Source: Chrysomallon squamiferum (lineage: Eukaryota; Animalia; Mollusca). Taken from it: 64,000 nt of DNA. The notes beneath the pieces were generated by a model. The model saw only the letters and a program-made list of their open reading frames with translations. It had not been told where the DNA came from and searched no databases. The stretch spans positions 4,588,001 to 4,652,000 of the forward strand of contig CM022665.1 in the NCBI GenBank assembly GCA_012295275.1. The letters run 5' to 3'. This document shows positions 37,401 through 50,855 of the stretch, piece after piece; within the stretch, counting starts at the first letter, position 1; each line of letters starts with the position of its first letter. The position numbers and the translations under genes were made by a program.

Positions 37401-38893
37401 CAAAAGGGAAACGATCATGCCAATCTAAATGGAAACAGTGAATCTTAATTTATAGTTATAATTATACAAAAGAAAAAGAAGAATTAGGATTAACAATATT
37501 TACTTACTGATTTTTTTTTTCTATGCACGTAGTCACAAATAGCAGTAGGCTTTGAATGATTTCAGTGATGTGACACCAGCAATTACAATGTACGATCAGC
37601 CGATCTCTTGTTGTCTCTGTAATATGGTGCTGATATTTGTCATTTCCATACAGCACCATGGAAACCAGCTTCCAATTTTTCAACCTGTGAATTTAAAATA
37701 TTAATATTAACAAACCACATTTACTTGTCTTGTTTTTTCTTTATTTTTATTTTTTATTTTTCATTCAATGATAAATTCAAATTGTTCCTTACTAATTGAC
37801 TTTTATCTCATTCTCGTAAAACAGTTCCTCCATGTACTCTTACTCCAGTCGATTCCACTGATTGGTAACAGCCTTCATGGTCTGATCTCTCTGCGAAAAA
37901 CGTAATATAGATATCTCATTTCCATACTTCCTTTTCCTCCATTTCTGTCTTCTCCCATACATGTCAGTTAATTAGAACTTTATAATGCTTAAATAATCTA
38001 ATTTCTTTGTAATGTTATTTATTTAGTGATTGATTTTTTTTATCCAAACAGTAAGTGTTTCTAAGTTAAGTAAATATATTCCCTGCTTATTATTTTCATT
38101 TTATATCATCATGAATGTTTCTTAATCTAGTGTTTCTAAGTTATGTGAATGTAATACCTGCTTATTATTTTCATTTTATGTCATCATAAATTTTTCTTAC
38201 ATATGATTAGCCTGACATTCCTTTCTTTGAATTTGTCTCAAATTGAATCCAAATCAAGAGCAAACTAATACACTCAGTTTGACTTCTTTATCAAGATACT
38301 GTTGTTTCTTTTTTCACACTTCGGATACAGTTTTTATAATTATCTGAACGTATTCCCTGTTGTTGTTTTTTTCATTTGATGTCTTAATGAGTTTTCCTTA
38401 CTTATGATTAGCACCAGAATCCTGTTGTATGAACTGGTGTATCAGATCGCACCCAAATTAAAAGCAAACTAATACACTCAGTTTATTTTCATACTAATTG
38501 GAATGGTACAATTGGTTTTATGGTTTCTTTTTTCGCATTTCCCGTTTTCGTTTTATTGATATATACAATATTTATCATCTTTCCATCTTGGCTTCAGTTT
38601 TGCATTGTTTCTCAGATGCTGTTTTGGCATGATTTTCTTCCTGAACCCTTTACACCAATTCATACCAGTTCTTCTGACTTCAATGACTGTGATCAAAAAT
38701 CATGTCTTTCGGCATCTGTAAGATGTACAGTTTGCTGATATTTGTAATAAAATTATGATATGCTCCACCGGAACCAGGCTTGTCTTCTTTGCGTGATGTG
38801 TAATTTTTGTGTAAAAAAAATGATTTCCAAGTGTCATCTCTCAGATCCCAGTTGTCTTGCTCACGGATACATTTTATTTATTGATTCATTGAT

Positions 38894-38932
<39 letters not shown>

Positions 38933-41764
38933 TTGATGATTATATTACATTTTTTATTTTTGTTTCATTTTTCATTTTTGTTTCATTTTTCTTTTAGTGG
39001 CAAATTAAAGTGTTGCTTACTAACTGACTTTGATATCATTCTCGTAAAGAATTTCTTCCATCCATTCCGAGTCTATGGCCTGATATCCTTGTAACAGGTT
39101 TGATGGACTTATGTCTGTCTGTGAAATGCATTATATTATTAATATCTCATTTTCGTACTTCCTTTTCCTTCATTTGTGTGTGCTCACATACGTCAGTTAA
39201 TTAGAACTTTATAATGCTTAAATTATCTAATTTCTTTGTAGTGTTATTGTATTGTTTGGTTTTATATTATTATTACTGTTTCGTTTTCATTCTATTAATA
39301 TCCATACAATAAGTGTTTGTAAGTTATGTGAATGTATTCCCTGCTTATTTTTTTATATTTTTTTTAGAGGAGAAGCTATAATGCCAATCTTAATGGGAAC
39401 AGTTTATATTTATTTATAGTTACTAATATACAAAAGGAAGAGAAGAATTAAGATAAAGAATATTTATTTACTCTTTTTCTTTTGTAAACAATATTTATTC
39501 AGTTCTTTTTTATCGTTTTCTTTTCATTTTTTTTTTTTTTTTGTTTGTTAGTTTGGCTATGTTCCTTTTCTTAAATTATTATAATTATTGTATTTTTTCG
39601 CAATGCTAATAGGGTAAAATTACAGTAGGCTTTGAATGATTTCAGTCACATACGATAATTAATTACAAAGTACGGACAACACTTCTCTTTTAGTGTTTGT
39701 ATACTATGGTGCTGGTATTTGTCATTTGGAAATAGCACCATACAAACTAGTTGCCATGGTATTCTCCATCATTTTTTAACCTCTGTGAATTTAAAATATC
39801 AATATAAATATACCATTTATTTTTCTTTAATTTTCCTTTTTGTTTCCTATTTCTTTTAGTGGGAAATTAAAGTTTTGTTTACTAATTGACTTTTATGTCA
39901 TTTTAGTTAATTACAACTTATAATCCTTAAATTATCTAATTTCTTTGTAGTGTTATTTATTTATTGATCGATTTTTTCTTCCAGTTTTCATTGTATTAAA
40001 ATCCATACAATAAGTATTTGTAAGTTATGTAAATATATTCCCTGCTTATTATTTTCATTTTATATCATCATGAATGTTTCTTACATAAGATTAGCATGAG
40101 ATTCCTTTGTTTGAATTGTTATTTCAGATTGCATCCAAATCTTCAGCAAACTAATACTTTCAGTTTGTCTTCTTCATCAACATATTGTTGTTTCTTTTTT
40201 CACACTTCGGATAAAGTGTTTGTAAATATCTGATCGTATTCCCTGCTTACTGTTTTCATTTTATGTCTTAATGAGTTTTCCTTACATATGATTAACACCA
40301 GAATCCTGTTGTATGAACTGGTTTATCAGATCCACCCAAATTTATAGCAAACTAATACACTCAGTTTATTTTCATTATAATTAGAAACGTACAATTGTTT
40401 TTATGCTTTCATTTTTAGCATTTATTTCCCGTTTTCGTTGTATTGATATCTATACAATATTTATTACCTTTCCATATTGGCTTCAGTTTTGCATTGTTTT
40501 TTGAATGCTGTTTTTGCATGATTTCCTTAAAGAACCCTTTACTCCGATTCATAACAGTTCTTCCGACTTTAATGACTCCGACCAAAAATCGTTTCTTTCA
40601 GCATCTGTAAGATGTACAGTTTGCTGATATTTGTAATAAAATTATGATATGCTCCACCGGAGCCAGGCTTGTCTTCTTTGCGTGATGTGTAATTTTCTGT
40701 AAAAAAATGATTTCCATCTATAATCTCTCAGATCCCAGTTGTCTTGCTCACGGATACATTTTATTTGTTTATTTATTTATTTATTTATTTATGATTATAT
40801 TTCCTTTTTTATTTTTGTTTCGTTGGGTTTTTTTTTACTGGCAAATTAAAGTGTTGCTTACTAACTGACTTTTATATCATTCTCGTAAAGAATTTCTTCC
40901 ATCCATTCCGAGTCTATGGCCTGATATCCTTGTAACAGGTTTGATGGACTTATGTCTGTCTGTGAAATGCATTATATTATTAATATCTCATTTTCGTACT
41001 TCCTTTTCCTTCATTTGTGTGTGCTCACATACATGTCAGTTAATTAGAACTTTATAATGCTTAAATTATCTAATTTCTTTGTAGTGTTATTGTATTGTTT
41101 GGTTTTATATTATTATTACTGTTTCGTTTTCATTCTATTAATATCCATACAATAAGTGTTTGTAAGTTATGTGAATGTATTCCCTGCTTATTATTTTCAT
41201 TTTATATCATCATGAATGTTTCTTACATAAGATTAGCATGAGATTCCTTTGTTTGAATTGGTCTTTCAGATTGCATCCAAATCTACAGCAAACTAATACC
41301 TTCAGTTTGTCTTCTTCATGAACATATTGTTGTGTCTTTCTTCACACTTCGGATAAAGTTTTTGTAATTATCTCAACGTATTCCCTGCTTACTTTTTTCT
41401 TTTTTTTCATTTTTTTTTCTTCTTCTTTTTTTTTTTTTTTTTGATTCTGAAAATATTCTCTTGAAACATTATGCTGCCTAAATATTTCTCTTCAGTTTTG
41501 CTTAAGCCACTTGATGTGTTTAATTTTCTTTCCAATATAGCTATCGCTAAACAAAAGAAGTCACTAGTACTGTGTAGTTTAGTTATTTGAAATATTAGTT
41601 AACATTTTCTGTGTTATTGAAATCGTATCATTCAGTGATGAATTTATATCAAATAGAGAAACTATCATGCCAATCTTAATGGGAACAGTGAATCTTAATT
41701 TATAGTTATAATTATACAAAAGAAAAAGAAGAATTAGGATAGACAATATTTACTTACTGATTTT

Positions 41765-41801
<37 letters not shown>

Positions 41802-42830
41802 AATGTTAACATACTTTTTTAACCTCTATGAATTTAAAATATCAATATTAATAAACCATTTTATGTCATCATGAATGTTTCTTACATAAGATTAGCATGA
41901 GATTCCTTTGTTTGAACTGGTGTATCAGATTGCATTCAAATCTACAGCAAACTAATACACTCGGTTTATTTTCATACTAATTGGAATGGTACAATTGGTT
42001 TTATGGTTTCTTTTTTCGCATTTCCCGTTTTCGTTTTATTGATACATATACAATATTTATTATCTTTCCATCTTGGCTTCAGTTTTGCATTGTTTCTCAG
42101 ATGCTGTTTTCGCATGATTATCTTCCTGAACCCTTTACACCAATTCATAACAGTTCTTCCGACTTCAATGACTGTGACCAAAAATCGTGTCTTTCAGCAT
42201 CTGTAAGATGTACAGTTTGCTGATATTTGTAATAAAATTATGATATGCTCCCCCGGAACCAGGCTTGTCTTCTTTGCGTGATATGTAATTTCCTGTAAAA
42301 AAAATGATTTCCAAGTATCATCTCTCAGTTGTCTTTCTCATGGATACATTTTATTTGTTTATTTTCTTTTATTTTATTTTCTTTTATTTTTGTTTTATTT
42401 TATTTTATTTGAAATAATGTTTTCTTTTTTCTTTTTTTTTTTTTTTGGCCTTTAGCAAAATTTATTTGTAATTATCTGAACGTATTCCCTGCTTATTATT
42501 TTCATTTTACATGTTAATGAGTTTTCCTTACTTATGATTACAGCCAGATTCCTGTTTGAATTGGTCTTCAGATACCACCTAAATTTAGAGCAAACTAATA
42601 GATTCAGTTTGTTTTTATTATAATTAGTAATGTTGAATTCTTTTTATGCTTTCTTTTTTTGCATTTGATTCTGAAAATATTATCTGAAAACATTATATAT
42701 ATATGCTGCCTAAATATTTCTCTTCAGTATTCGTTAAACTGCTCCTTGTGTTTAATTATGTTTGCAGTATAACTAGGACTAAGCAAAGGAAGTCACTCAT
42801 ACTGTGTAGATCAGTAATGTTATTTCATTG
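28050..42830. repeat. Complex satellite / shuffled tandem repeat array (1.3- and 1.7-kb units, ~3.0-kb higher-order period, ~1.6-1.9-kb units distally)
   Basis: The marker AATTGGTCTTTCAGATTGCATCC occurs at ~29498, 31222, 32521, 34239, 35539, 36857 and 41256 (variant at ~40114). GCATCTGTAAGATGTACAG occurs at ~38712, 40602 and 42197. The repeated ORF-track peptides are offset by ~3.0 and ~1.3 kb. Confidence 0.9.
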
Positions 42831-43447
42831 TTCTGAGATCCTTATAATATTATGCTTTCATTTTTAAATAAATGTTTTCATTAGTAATTAGTTTCTATCT
42901 CAGTTTTTAAAAAATTTCTTTCATCCAATCTTTCTCAAGTGGATTGCAATACTTTGTAACAGGTTTAATCACCTTATGTCTGTTTGTCTATATCTCTGGA
43001 TATAATTCTTCATTATTTGTTAGTCATATGAACTTGAAATATCAGTATTTTGATACAGTTTTTCTTTTCTTTTGCCTACTGGGGTTTAATTTGGTTATTT
43101 ACTTCAATAGGCTTCCATATTTAAAAGAAACTCAACTTATTTTTGTTGTAATCAGCAAATAATATAGATTTAATATAATTGTTTTTATTCTTTCTTATTT
43201 ACATATGTATAACTTTAAAATTGAAAATATTCATCTTAAAATATTTTTGAAAAATAAAGGAGAGATGTGGAAATGTAGTAACTGGTATGCTTTATTAATG
43301 AAAAGTAAACTCTTAATTTACCGTTAGAAATATATTTACATGCTTCACAAATATTTTAAAATCAGTTAATGTCTTTAATAACCCCCATAGAAAAAGACAT
43401 TAGAGCCTTTATTTTTCTTCTTCTTCTTCTTCTTATTATTATTATTA

Positions 43448-43478
<31 letters not shown>

Positions 43479-46107
43479 ATAGGAAGTAGCCTATTTGAAA
43501 TATTGACATCTGTTTTTCAGAACGATCAGATGTTAGGTTAAGCACTGGCTTTTGTAAATAATTGTAATGATATATTAATACATATCACGGTAATTATTCA
43601 TGATTTGTGTTATTCACTGTTTGAACAGGTCAGGAAACTAATAATCATTCCAAATGGAAACATAAAGTGACAGGAACAGGAATAAAATAGTTCTGCTGGG
43701 CTCACTGTTTGACTACAGTACTGTTAAATTAATGCAAAATAATTGTAAATCATTGTAATGAAATAGTAATACAAAGCATCAACAGTATTACATGATTTGT
43801 TATTGTCGGGTTGGGGATTTGGTTTCTGAATACTATATATACGAAAAATGGATTAATTCTTCAGAATCAAAGCATAAATGATCATAAATAGTTGGAATAA
43901 AATATTTCTGTGAATCACCATCACCAGTTTCTGTTTCTCTTTTCCACTGGTACATTCACTTTCAAACCCATTTAGGCCAGAAATAGGGAATCCATTTCTT
44001 ACTGGACTTTTGAATATAATTCTAGAACCGAACTCTGAATAGCTGACATTTTTTTTTTTTTACGGTTCATCATTAGTTCTTTATGTAGTCCTAGTTTATT
44101 TTAGTTAAAAGGGAATATATATCAAAAGATACCTCAAACAAGCTTGAAAAAAAAAATGTTAGAGTTATCAATCTTTCATTGTATTTGCAGTTGAAATTAA
44201 TTAATGACTTTATGTGGATGTATGTTTTTTCTTTGCCATATCTGTTTTTATATTTATCTCCATTTTTTAGTATTTCTAATTTATTTCGCTTGGTGTGCAT
44301 TTCAATGTATTTTATTTTAAATGTATGTACACTGATATTCATGTATTCATATTTTGATACATTAAATATAATTATTTTTCTGCTTTGTATTTATCTTCTA
44401 TACTTCACAAATGTATGTATATCTTTATTATTTTATATCAGTTCATCAGTGTAATTAGTTCAGAGATTTGTGTATTATTTCACATATTGAACTGTACTTT
44501 ACATCTGTACCTTTATCTTCATTTTAAATCGTCTTCTTTATCTTTTAAATAAAGAAAACCGTATTTTGTTACAGAAGATGTCTTTGGTAAGATGCACAAA
44601 TTATTTAATCTGTAAACAATCTATGTTAGTGAATTACAAATATATGTAGTCGTTGAATTTTACTTTAATTACACTTACAGTACTGGCTGGAATAGGACTA
44701 TAAAATGCAGTATAAACATAACTGCACATGTTATTTATGAAGACCTATTTTCCAGACTCAATTTCAGAATTTGTCTCTTTCATCCTGGAGAATCCAGTGT
44801 GAATTCATTTAGGGAAGTTTTTCATAATGTTTTAAAAATAGAAAATATAGTTCATTGTGTTGTCTAAAATAACAGAGACTGTAAATAAAGTTAATACCTG
44901 ATTGAATTTTGTTCTGTCATTTAAAAAAGTTTCAAATAGCTAAGATTATCCAAATTATTCAATTAGTAGTGTTTTTAGCTATTCAGATGGCCATTTTTGC
45001 ATGTTATAAAAGAATATGTGGATATTTACTGTGATGTGAGATTTACATTTTAAAAATTTGACGAGACATTTACATCTTAATAATCCAGTAAAACAGCCAC
45101 TTTTGATGCCACTTTTGATTAACAATAATTGATAGTTTTCCTCGATTCCAATCTTTCAGTGTTGATTTTTCCTTTTATTTATTCATTTATCTTGGCTGTT
45201 TTGTTTTTGTTTCTCATGGATTTTTGGGGTGGAGGGGAGAGAGTAAAGTTTATTTTGGCGTGTATTAGTATTATTATCTTATTTTTCATTTTATTTTATT
45301 TTATTTACATTATTATTTCTATTATTATTTTTACTTTTTACTGTCATAAGCATTAACATTTTTCATAGGTAATAATACTTAATGGATATAAACATTTTAT
45401 TGTTTACTAATATTTTGAATAAGACATCTAAGAGATAGCTACCAAAGTGAAACACCCAACAGATTTTGAAGCCTTGAAATTAACTCCAGAATTCTTGGAG
45501 ACAAAGGATGAAAGAAACGTATTTAATGATGAACGAACAGATAAATAGAAACTAAATTTTATTAACTCAATATTGATATTTAAATTTTATTTAACCGTTC
45601 TACAAACATGCTTTGACATTGTTCAGCTCAACATTAATTTAAAAAAACAAACAGAATTTCTATTATTTCTAAAATGTATAAGCAATCCAGTTTTATCACA
45701 CTGTTATAATAATTAGCATTGTAAAGATCAACATAACAAAGATACACGTTACAAAACATCTATCAAAATATATATTATTTACAGCTGTAGTTACTACTAA
45801 TAATAAATTATTAAATTTGATCTTGTATTTGTGTAACAAAATACATCAAATCTATAATAACAGTAATAATAATATAAGAGCAAAAAAGGCGTTATATGTT
45901 AATGGCCTCAAAGAAATTATCACTTCTTTGGTCGGAAATGGATTAAGACGCGCACTGCTGCAACATTATTCTTTTCAGTGAATAATACATTGAAGAGCAC
46001 AAAGTAGCATAATATCCAAATATACTTTATGTAACTAAATACAACATCTAATCAAATACTCTACATTTTTAAATTAACATAAATTATGCTAGCTGGTGGT
46101 AAACTGA

Positions 46108-46735
46108 TTAACCAGAGTTTGTAGACGGCCATGGTCGATGTAACGGATACCGCCAACACGGTGGACGCCACTGACCTGGATGCTGCCAACGTAACTGTCA
46201 CCGCCGAAATCATAATCCCAACCATAATCCCAACCATAATCCCAGCCAATGCTGTTCACGACTTTTGTCAGAATTGTCTGCGAACAAACAAATAATGCGT
46301 TCAGTTTTATTCGTATAGATGTCTATAGTAATACAAACTATATTTGGAGGTTACGAAAATAATGAAATACATTTTCTATAATATTTTTGCCAAAAGTGTG
46401 AAAAATATAAAGAAAGAAAGAAAATAAAGAATAAAACATACATACATGTATGTACATAATTATATAACAAGCTCTTTCATTTCTTTAACCATGCACTCGA
46501 AACGGTCTCTTGAGATCTCAGTATTTTCTAACAACACAAACAATAATAGTAATAGTAACAAAACGAGTACTAAAAGTTATAATTCCTAATAACGGATATT
46601 CCTTACTAATGTTGTATCAAAAAATATTCTTTTTAGCTAATAACCTTTTGTTTTGTTCAAACAGACGTCATCTTCAAGATAAAAAATATTAATCTTTGTA
46701 ATCGCTTTGATCAATGTTATTGTTTCACGAAGATC

Positions 46736-46801
<66 letters not shown>

Positions 46802-47016
46802 CATAATCATAATCAAAACCTGATTCCAATACACACCTCACTTCCCAGCGACTGATATTGCTAATGATTTCTGTATAGGGTCCAGTTTAAAGTCTGGCGC
46901 ATAGTCCAATCCCTGACTCCCTACCTTCCTGTCCTGAATTTAAATCGAGATTAAAGCATAACTTTTATTTAGAACAGCAAATACTGGTGTAAGTATGAGA
47001 TGAGAAACATTTTCAT
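46108..47016 (-). pseudogene. Copy F: decayed family member (peptide exon 47016-46837, probable exon-3 relic 46734-46645, unusual terminal exon from 46277)
   Basis: TTTTTCTTCAA|ATGAAA (acceptor AG lost), then VFAVLNKSYA..SRFKFRTGR*GVRDWTMRQTLNW...GK*G|GT, aligning with VFAVLNQGDA..RFRIRIRWRRVRDWAKRQALDW..GKR. Confidence 0.75.
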
Positions 47017-48926
47017 TTGAAGAAAAATTGAAAACATTAGTTAATAGTAAAACTATTTATGTTTCATGTCCTTAGAATCCTGATGTAGTGCTTCATTTCT
47101 TTTTCTTCTTTCTTTTTTCTTTTTTGGCTTAGTCTCGCTGCCTTTCAGCAATTTTAATTTTTAATTTTTTTTTTTTTTTTTTTTTTTTATTTATTTATTT
47201 ATTTATTTATTTTATCTTATTATTATTATTATTATTATTATTTTTTTTTTTTTTTGATGATTGTAATATGTGTACATATTCTTTCTTTAACACTTATTTT
47301 CTAGAAAGGAGAAGAAAATGATGTCGATATCTAAATATCTCTTTAGTATACCTCCTTACCATATTTTATCATTTTGTGACAAAGTGTGTACTTCGTAAAA
47401 ATATACTGTAATTATGTAAACAGGTCATTCTGTCGTCAAACGAAAACATTTATCAAAATAATATCATCTGAGTCATAGCATTTTGGAATAATGCTATTTT
47501 AAAATACTTCATACGTTTCATTTATTCTGTTCTGAGGTCTTTAGAAATGAACAAAGTAAAAAGATTGTTAATGAATACTATGGCATAACTCGCACCGAGT
47601 ATGTCCTGCATACACAGGGTTCACGCTAGGTAGCGATGAGAGCAAAATACACGCCATTTTTCACTTAATTATATGGACAGTACATATTACAATTTTTTAA
47701 ACTACGCAAGTAGGGGTTCGAGACACGGGGTACTAAGCTGCAAGTAATCGTACAATGAGAATACAAAAGAATAATACATTTTAAGACTTGATGAGGATTT
47801 CCGAGAATGGATCACACATTGCTTGGTTTGATTTCAGCAAGGTTCTGAAAAAATGGAAGAAAGATAAAAATCAAAATGTTTATCATCAGTAACCACCCAA
47901 GTACTGAACTGTTCATTGATGTTTCAAAAATTATTATTATTATTATTATTATTTGGTTATTATTATTATTATTATTTTTATTATTATTATTTAAATGTTA
48001 ATGAAATCCTTCATTTAAGTGGCAGTAAATTTTATTGTCCAGTAATTTGTTTTTATTTTATCTTTTCCTCCTCCACTCCTTCTTCTCCTCCTCCTCATCT
48101 CTTCTTCTTCTTCTTCTTCTCCGTTTTAACTCAAGACTGGTTGTAGTGTAATAAGTACGTGTATAGCATAAAATAACATTTTAAAGATTCTCAAATTATT
48201 ATTCCTTTCTTTTAATTTCCTTTTATTTTTTATCAGGTTCCACGTGAAGGACCATGAAGATATCTTATTAAGAAACAAATAAAATTATGAAACTGAAAAG
48301 GGTTTGTTTAATTTTACTGTGTGCATCTAGGGTGTATATGGATGTAGCAGGGCTCTGAAAAAAATGGAAGAAAAATAGAATTCAAAATGTTTATCATCAG
48401 TAACCACCCAAGTACTGAACTGTTCATTGGTGTTTCAAACATTTGTGTTTAAATAAATACTTGATGTTTTGTCTCACTTCTGCTTAATGTGTCTAGAGGG
48501 AGAAGTGACCTATTTTTTAACTCTAGCTTGAAACGTGATAGAGACTGAAAAACACAAACGAACAAAAAACACTACAAAATTATAATTCATTTCTTAGATA
48601 TTTATTTAAGAAAACAGTTTTATTTCTGTTATGTCATTCTTTTAACATGACGATGTATATCTTCATAGCTCTCCGAGTTGAAGCTGTTTAAAGAGAAAAA
48701 TAAAGAAAATTATGCATTTTCAGTGAAATATATACATTTTTTAAAACTGGCTTTGAATAATAGCACGTTACTTCAGTTATATTTTGCGATATCATAGCAT
48801 GGAGATATATGAAGAAAAAAAAAGAAGAAGAAAACACAAAAGATTTAATAGTAAAAAATAATTAATATCTAATAAATAAAAAATAAATAAATTTCGTATT
48901 TCAGTGACACGTTTCTTTTATGTTTA

Positions 48927-48959
<33 letters not shown>

Positions 48960-49071
48960 GAAAAAATAATAGCATTTTAAAATGTTCCAAATACATAACC
49001 CCGGCCAAAAAGCACACTTAGAAACAAACGAAGAAACAAACATTAAAAAAGCAGCTAACCTTTTTTTTTCT

Positions 49072-50316
49072 TTACTCCATTTCATTCAGTTCTCTGACCA
49101 TTCGCTCGAACTCGTTAGTTGTTATCTTGGCGTTTCCTAGTAACAGAAATTGTAAAACAATAATAGTAGTAATAATACCAGCAACATATAACATTTTTAT
49201 TAATAGATAAAATTTAAATTTTACATAAAAAATAGTAGTACTAATAGTAATCATAGAAGTTGTAGTAGTAAAATTAGCAATAGTAGTAGTAATAGTAATA
49301 AGAAATTCCACAAAGATTTCGAACGACCTGTCGCTAAATAGTGGTAAGATAACTTCTTTTCCCACTTCGTACTCTGCAAATTCTTTACTAAGCCTTTAAT
49401 TTTACTTTACTTCTAACGAGAAATTTTATCTTGTATTAAAGTTAGTTTTTCTATTGTGGCATTTTTATTTTTGTCAAACAATATTTGAATGATGTTTTAC
49501 TGTTATTATTACTATCTTTATTTTGATTGAATTATTCTTTACCATCCTCGTCAACAAGTTCCAAGAAATTTTCAGCGTCTCGTTCACTCATTATTTTCTC
49601 TAGTTCCTGCTTGTCGAGGATTCCGTCCATGTTGGTGTCAAGCTCCGAAACGTCTGAAATAAATACGTTATTAACTAAAAACTGATGAAGTTCCAAAATT
49701 TGGACATAGATATCCAAACACATATACCAAAATCTATTTTAGATCGCGAATTAAACTCAATAGAGAACATACATTATTTTGATTTAAATCGAGGTAGTGA
49801 ACACCATATGTGAAAAACAAGGAAAATATTAAACATGAATAAATCATTACGCACATTTATATCAACCCCTCCTCCAAATATATAAATCATTACATATATT
49901 TATATCATAAACATTATTTTTCATTTTCATTTTAAAAATATTCTTCAATCGGAAAGTGTCTAAGTACAGATATTTCTTGTATTACCCAAAGTTTTGTAAG
50001 GTAAATGCAACATTTTTAAAAATCGACACCTTTCTCACTCTTACACTTTTAACAAAACTGTCTGGACAACAAAGGTTAAACGTGTTTTATTCAGTTTTAA
50101 CCAAGGCGAATCCAAAACCGAATTTTAATTCCTACCTCGTTTTCCGGCAGCTATTGCCAGTGCTGCTGCTTTTTTAATAGCCCAGCTTGCAGCAGCGCGT
50201 TTAGCAAAGTCTCTCACTCGTCTCCAGCGAATTCTGACACGAAATCTTGGCCAAGCGTCGCCCTGATTTAGAACAGCGAACACTACCAACAGTACAAGAA
50301 GAATAGCAACTCTCAT
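49072..50316 (-). CDS. Copy G: secreted Arg/Trp/Ala-rich cationic peptide precursor with two canonical EF-hand loops (118 aa)
   Basis: Exons 50316-50136, 49653-49543 and 49136-49072: MRVAILLVLLVVFAVLNQGDA|WPRFRVRIRWRRVRDFAKRAAASWAIKKAAALAIAA|GKR|DVSELDTNMDGILDKQELEKIMSERDAENFLELVDEDGNAKITTNEFERMVRELNEME*. The 3' UTR exon starts at 48683. Confidence 0.92.
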
Positions 50317-50623
50317 CTATAACAAACAGACAAAACATTTAAATTAAGACAATATCAACTAAATCGGCTGAATAGCAATTGTAGTACTTTTATAGATGTT
50401 GCACTTTCAAACATTTAATTCAAAATTAAAATGAAAGAATTAAAATTAATAACGATAGGAAAACGTTCGCGCACATTTTGAAAATTACTGTAATATTAAT
50501 ATAAATTATAAATTATATTGCACTATTAACTGCACGCATTAAACTTGGAGTGTTCAATATTAGAAGAATAAATCGAAAATACACTAAATACTAGGTTTCA
50601 GACAAATGAGCTTTAAGGCTTAC

Positions 50624-50855
50624 CTTTCAATCGTAAATCGGTCTGTCGAGGATTGAATGAATAACTTGTCTCCTGAAGTCAGTTACTTTATACTAAACTG
50701 GTGTTTTTGTTTTCACTTAAATGAGCGATACAGTGTGAAAACGTATTAAAACAGCAGATCCTGTTGAAGCAATCTGTTGCTGAATGGAATTCAGTGATAC
50801 TCAGAAAATAAACAAAAAATCTCATTACTGGAGGCGAGATTGTGTAATCTAATCT
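50624..50855 (-). promoter_or_regulatory. Promoter and non-coding exon 1 of copy G
   Basis: GCAACAGATTGCTTCAACAGGATCT at 50780-50756, TTTTCACAC, TATAAA at 50692-50687; exon ends TTGAAAG|GTAAGC at 50624. Confidence 0.75.

Noticed and set aside
30541-37441. Recurring ORFs MKNWKLVSMVLYG... and MYHITFKFREN...
   Set aside because: They recur only because the DNA is a tandem repeat. Most rely on non-ATG starts, ends vary between copies, and no domain was recognised.
38580-38870. Stop-interrupted minus-strand reading frame in satellite modules, possibly from a Polinton or virus
   Set aside because: No motif could be assigned with confidence; it needs BLASTX/HHpred.
25560-42830. CRISPR-like or snoRNA-array interpretation of the repeats (GTGATGA ... 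CTGA in the 1.3-kb unit)
   Set aside because: The context is eukaryotic with no short repeat/unique spacer pattern. The box C/D-like words lack a convincing terminal stem or guide and are expected by chance.
46195-46215. In-frame TGA codons as selenocysteine or readthrough
   Set aside because: No SECIS-like structure was seen and the upstream exons are clearly decayed; ordinary nonsense mutations are simpler.
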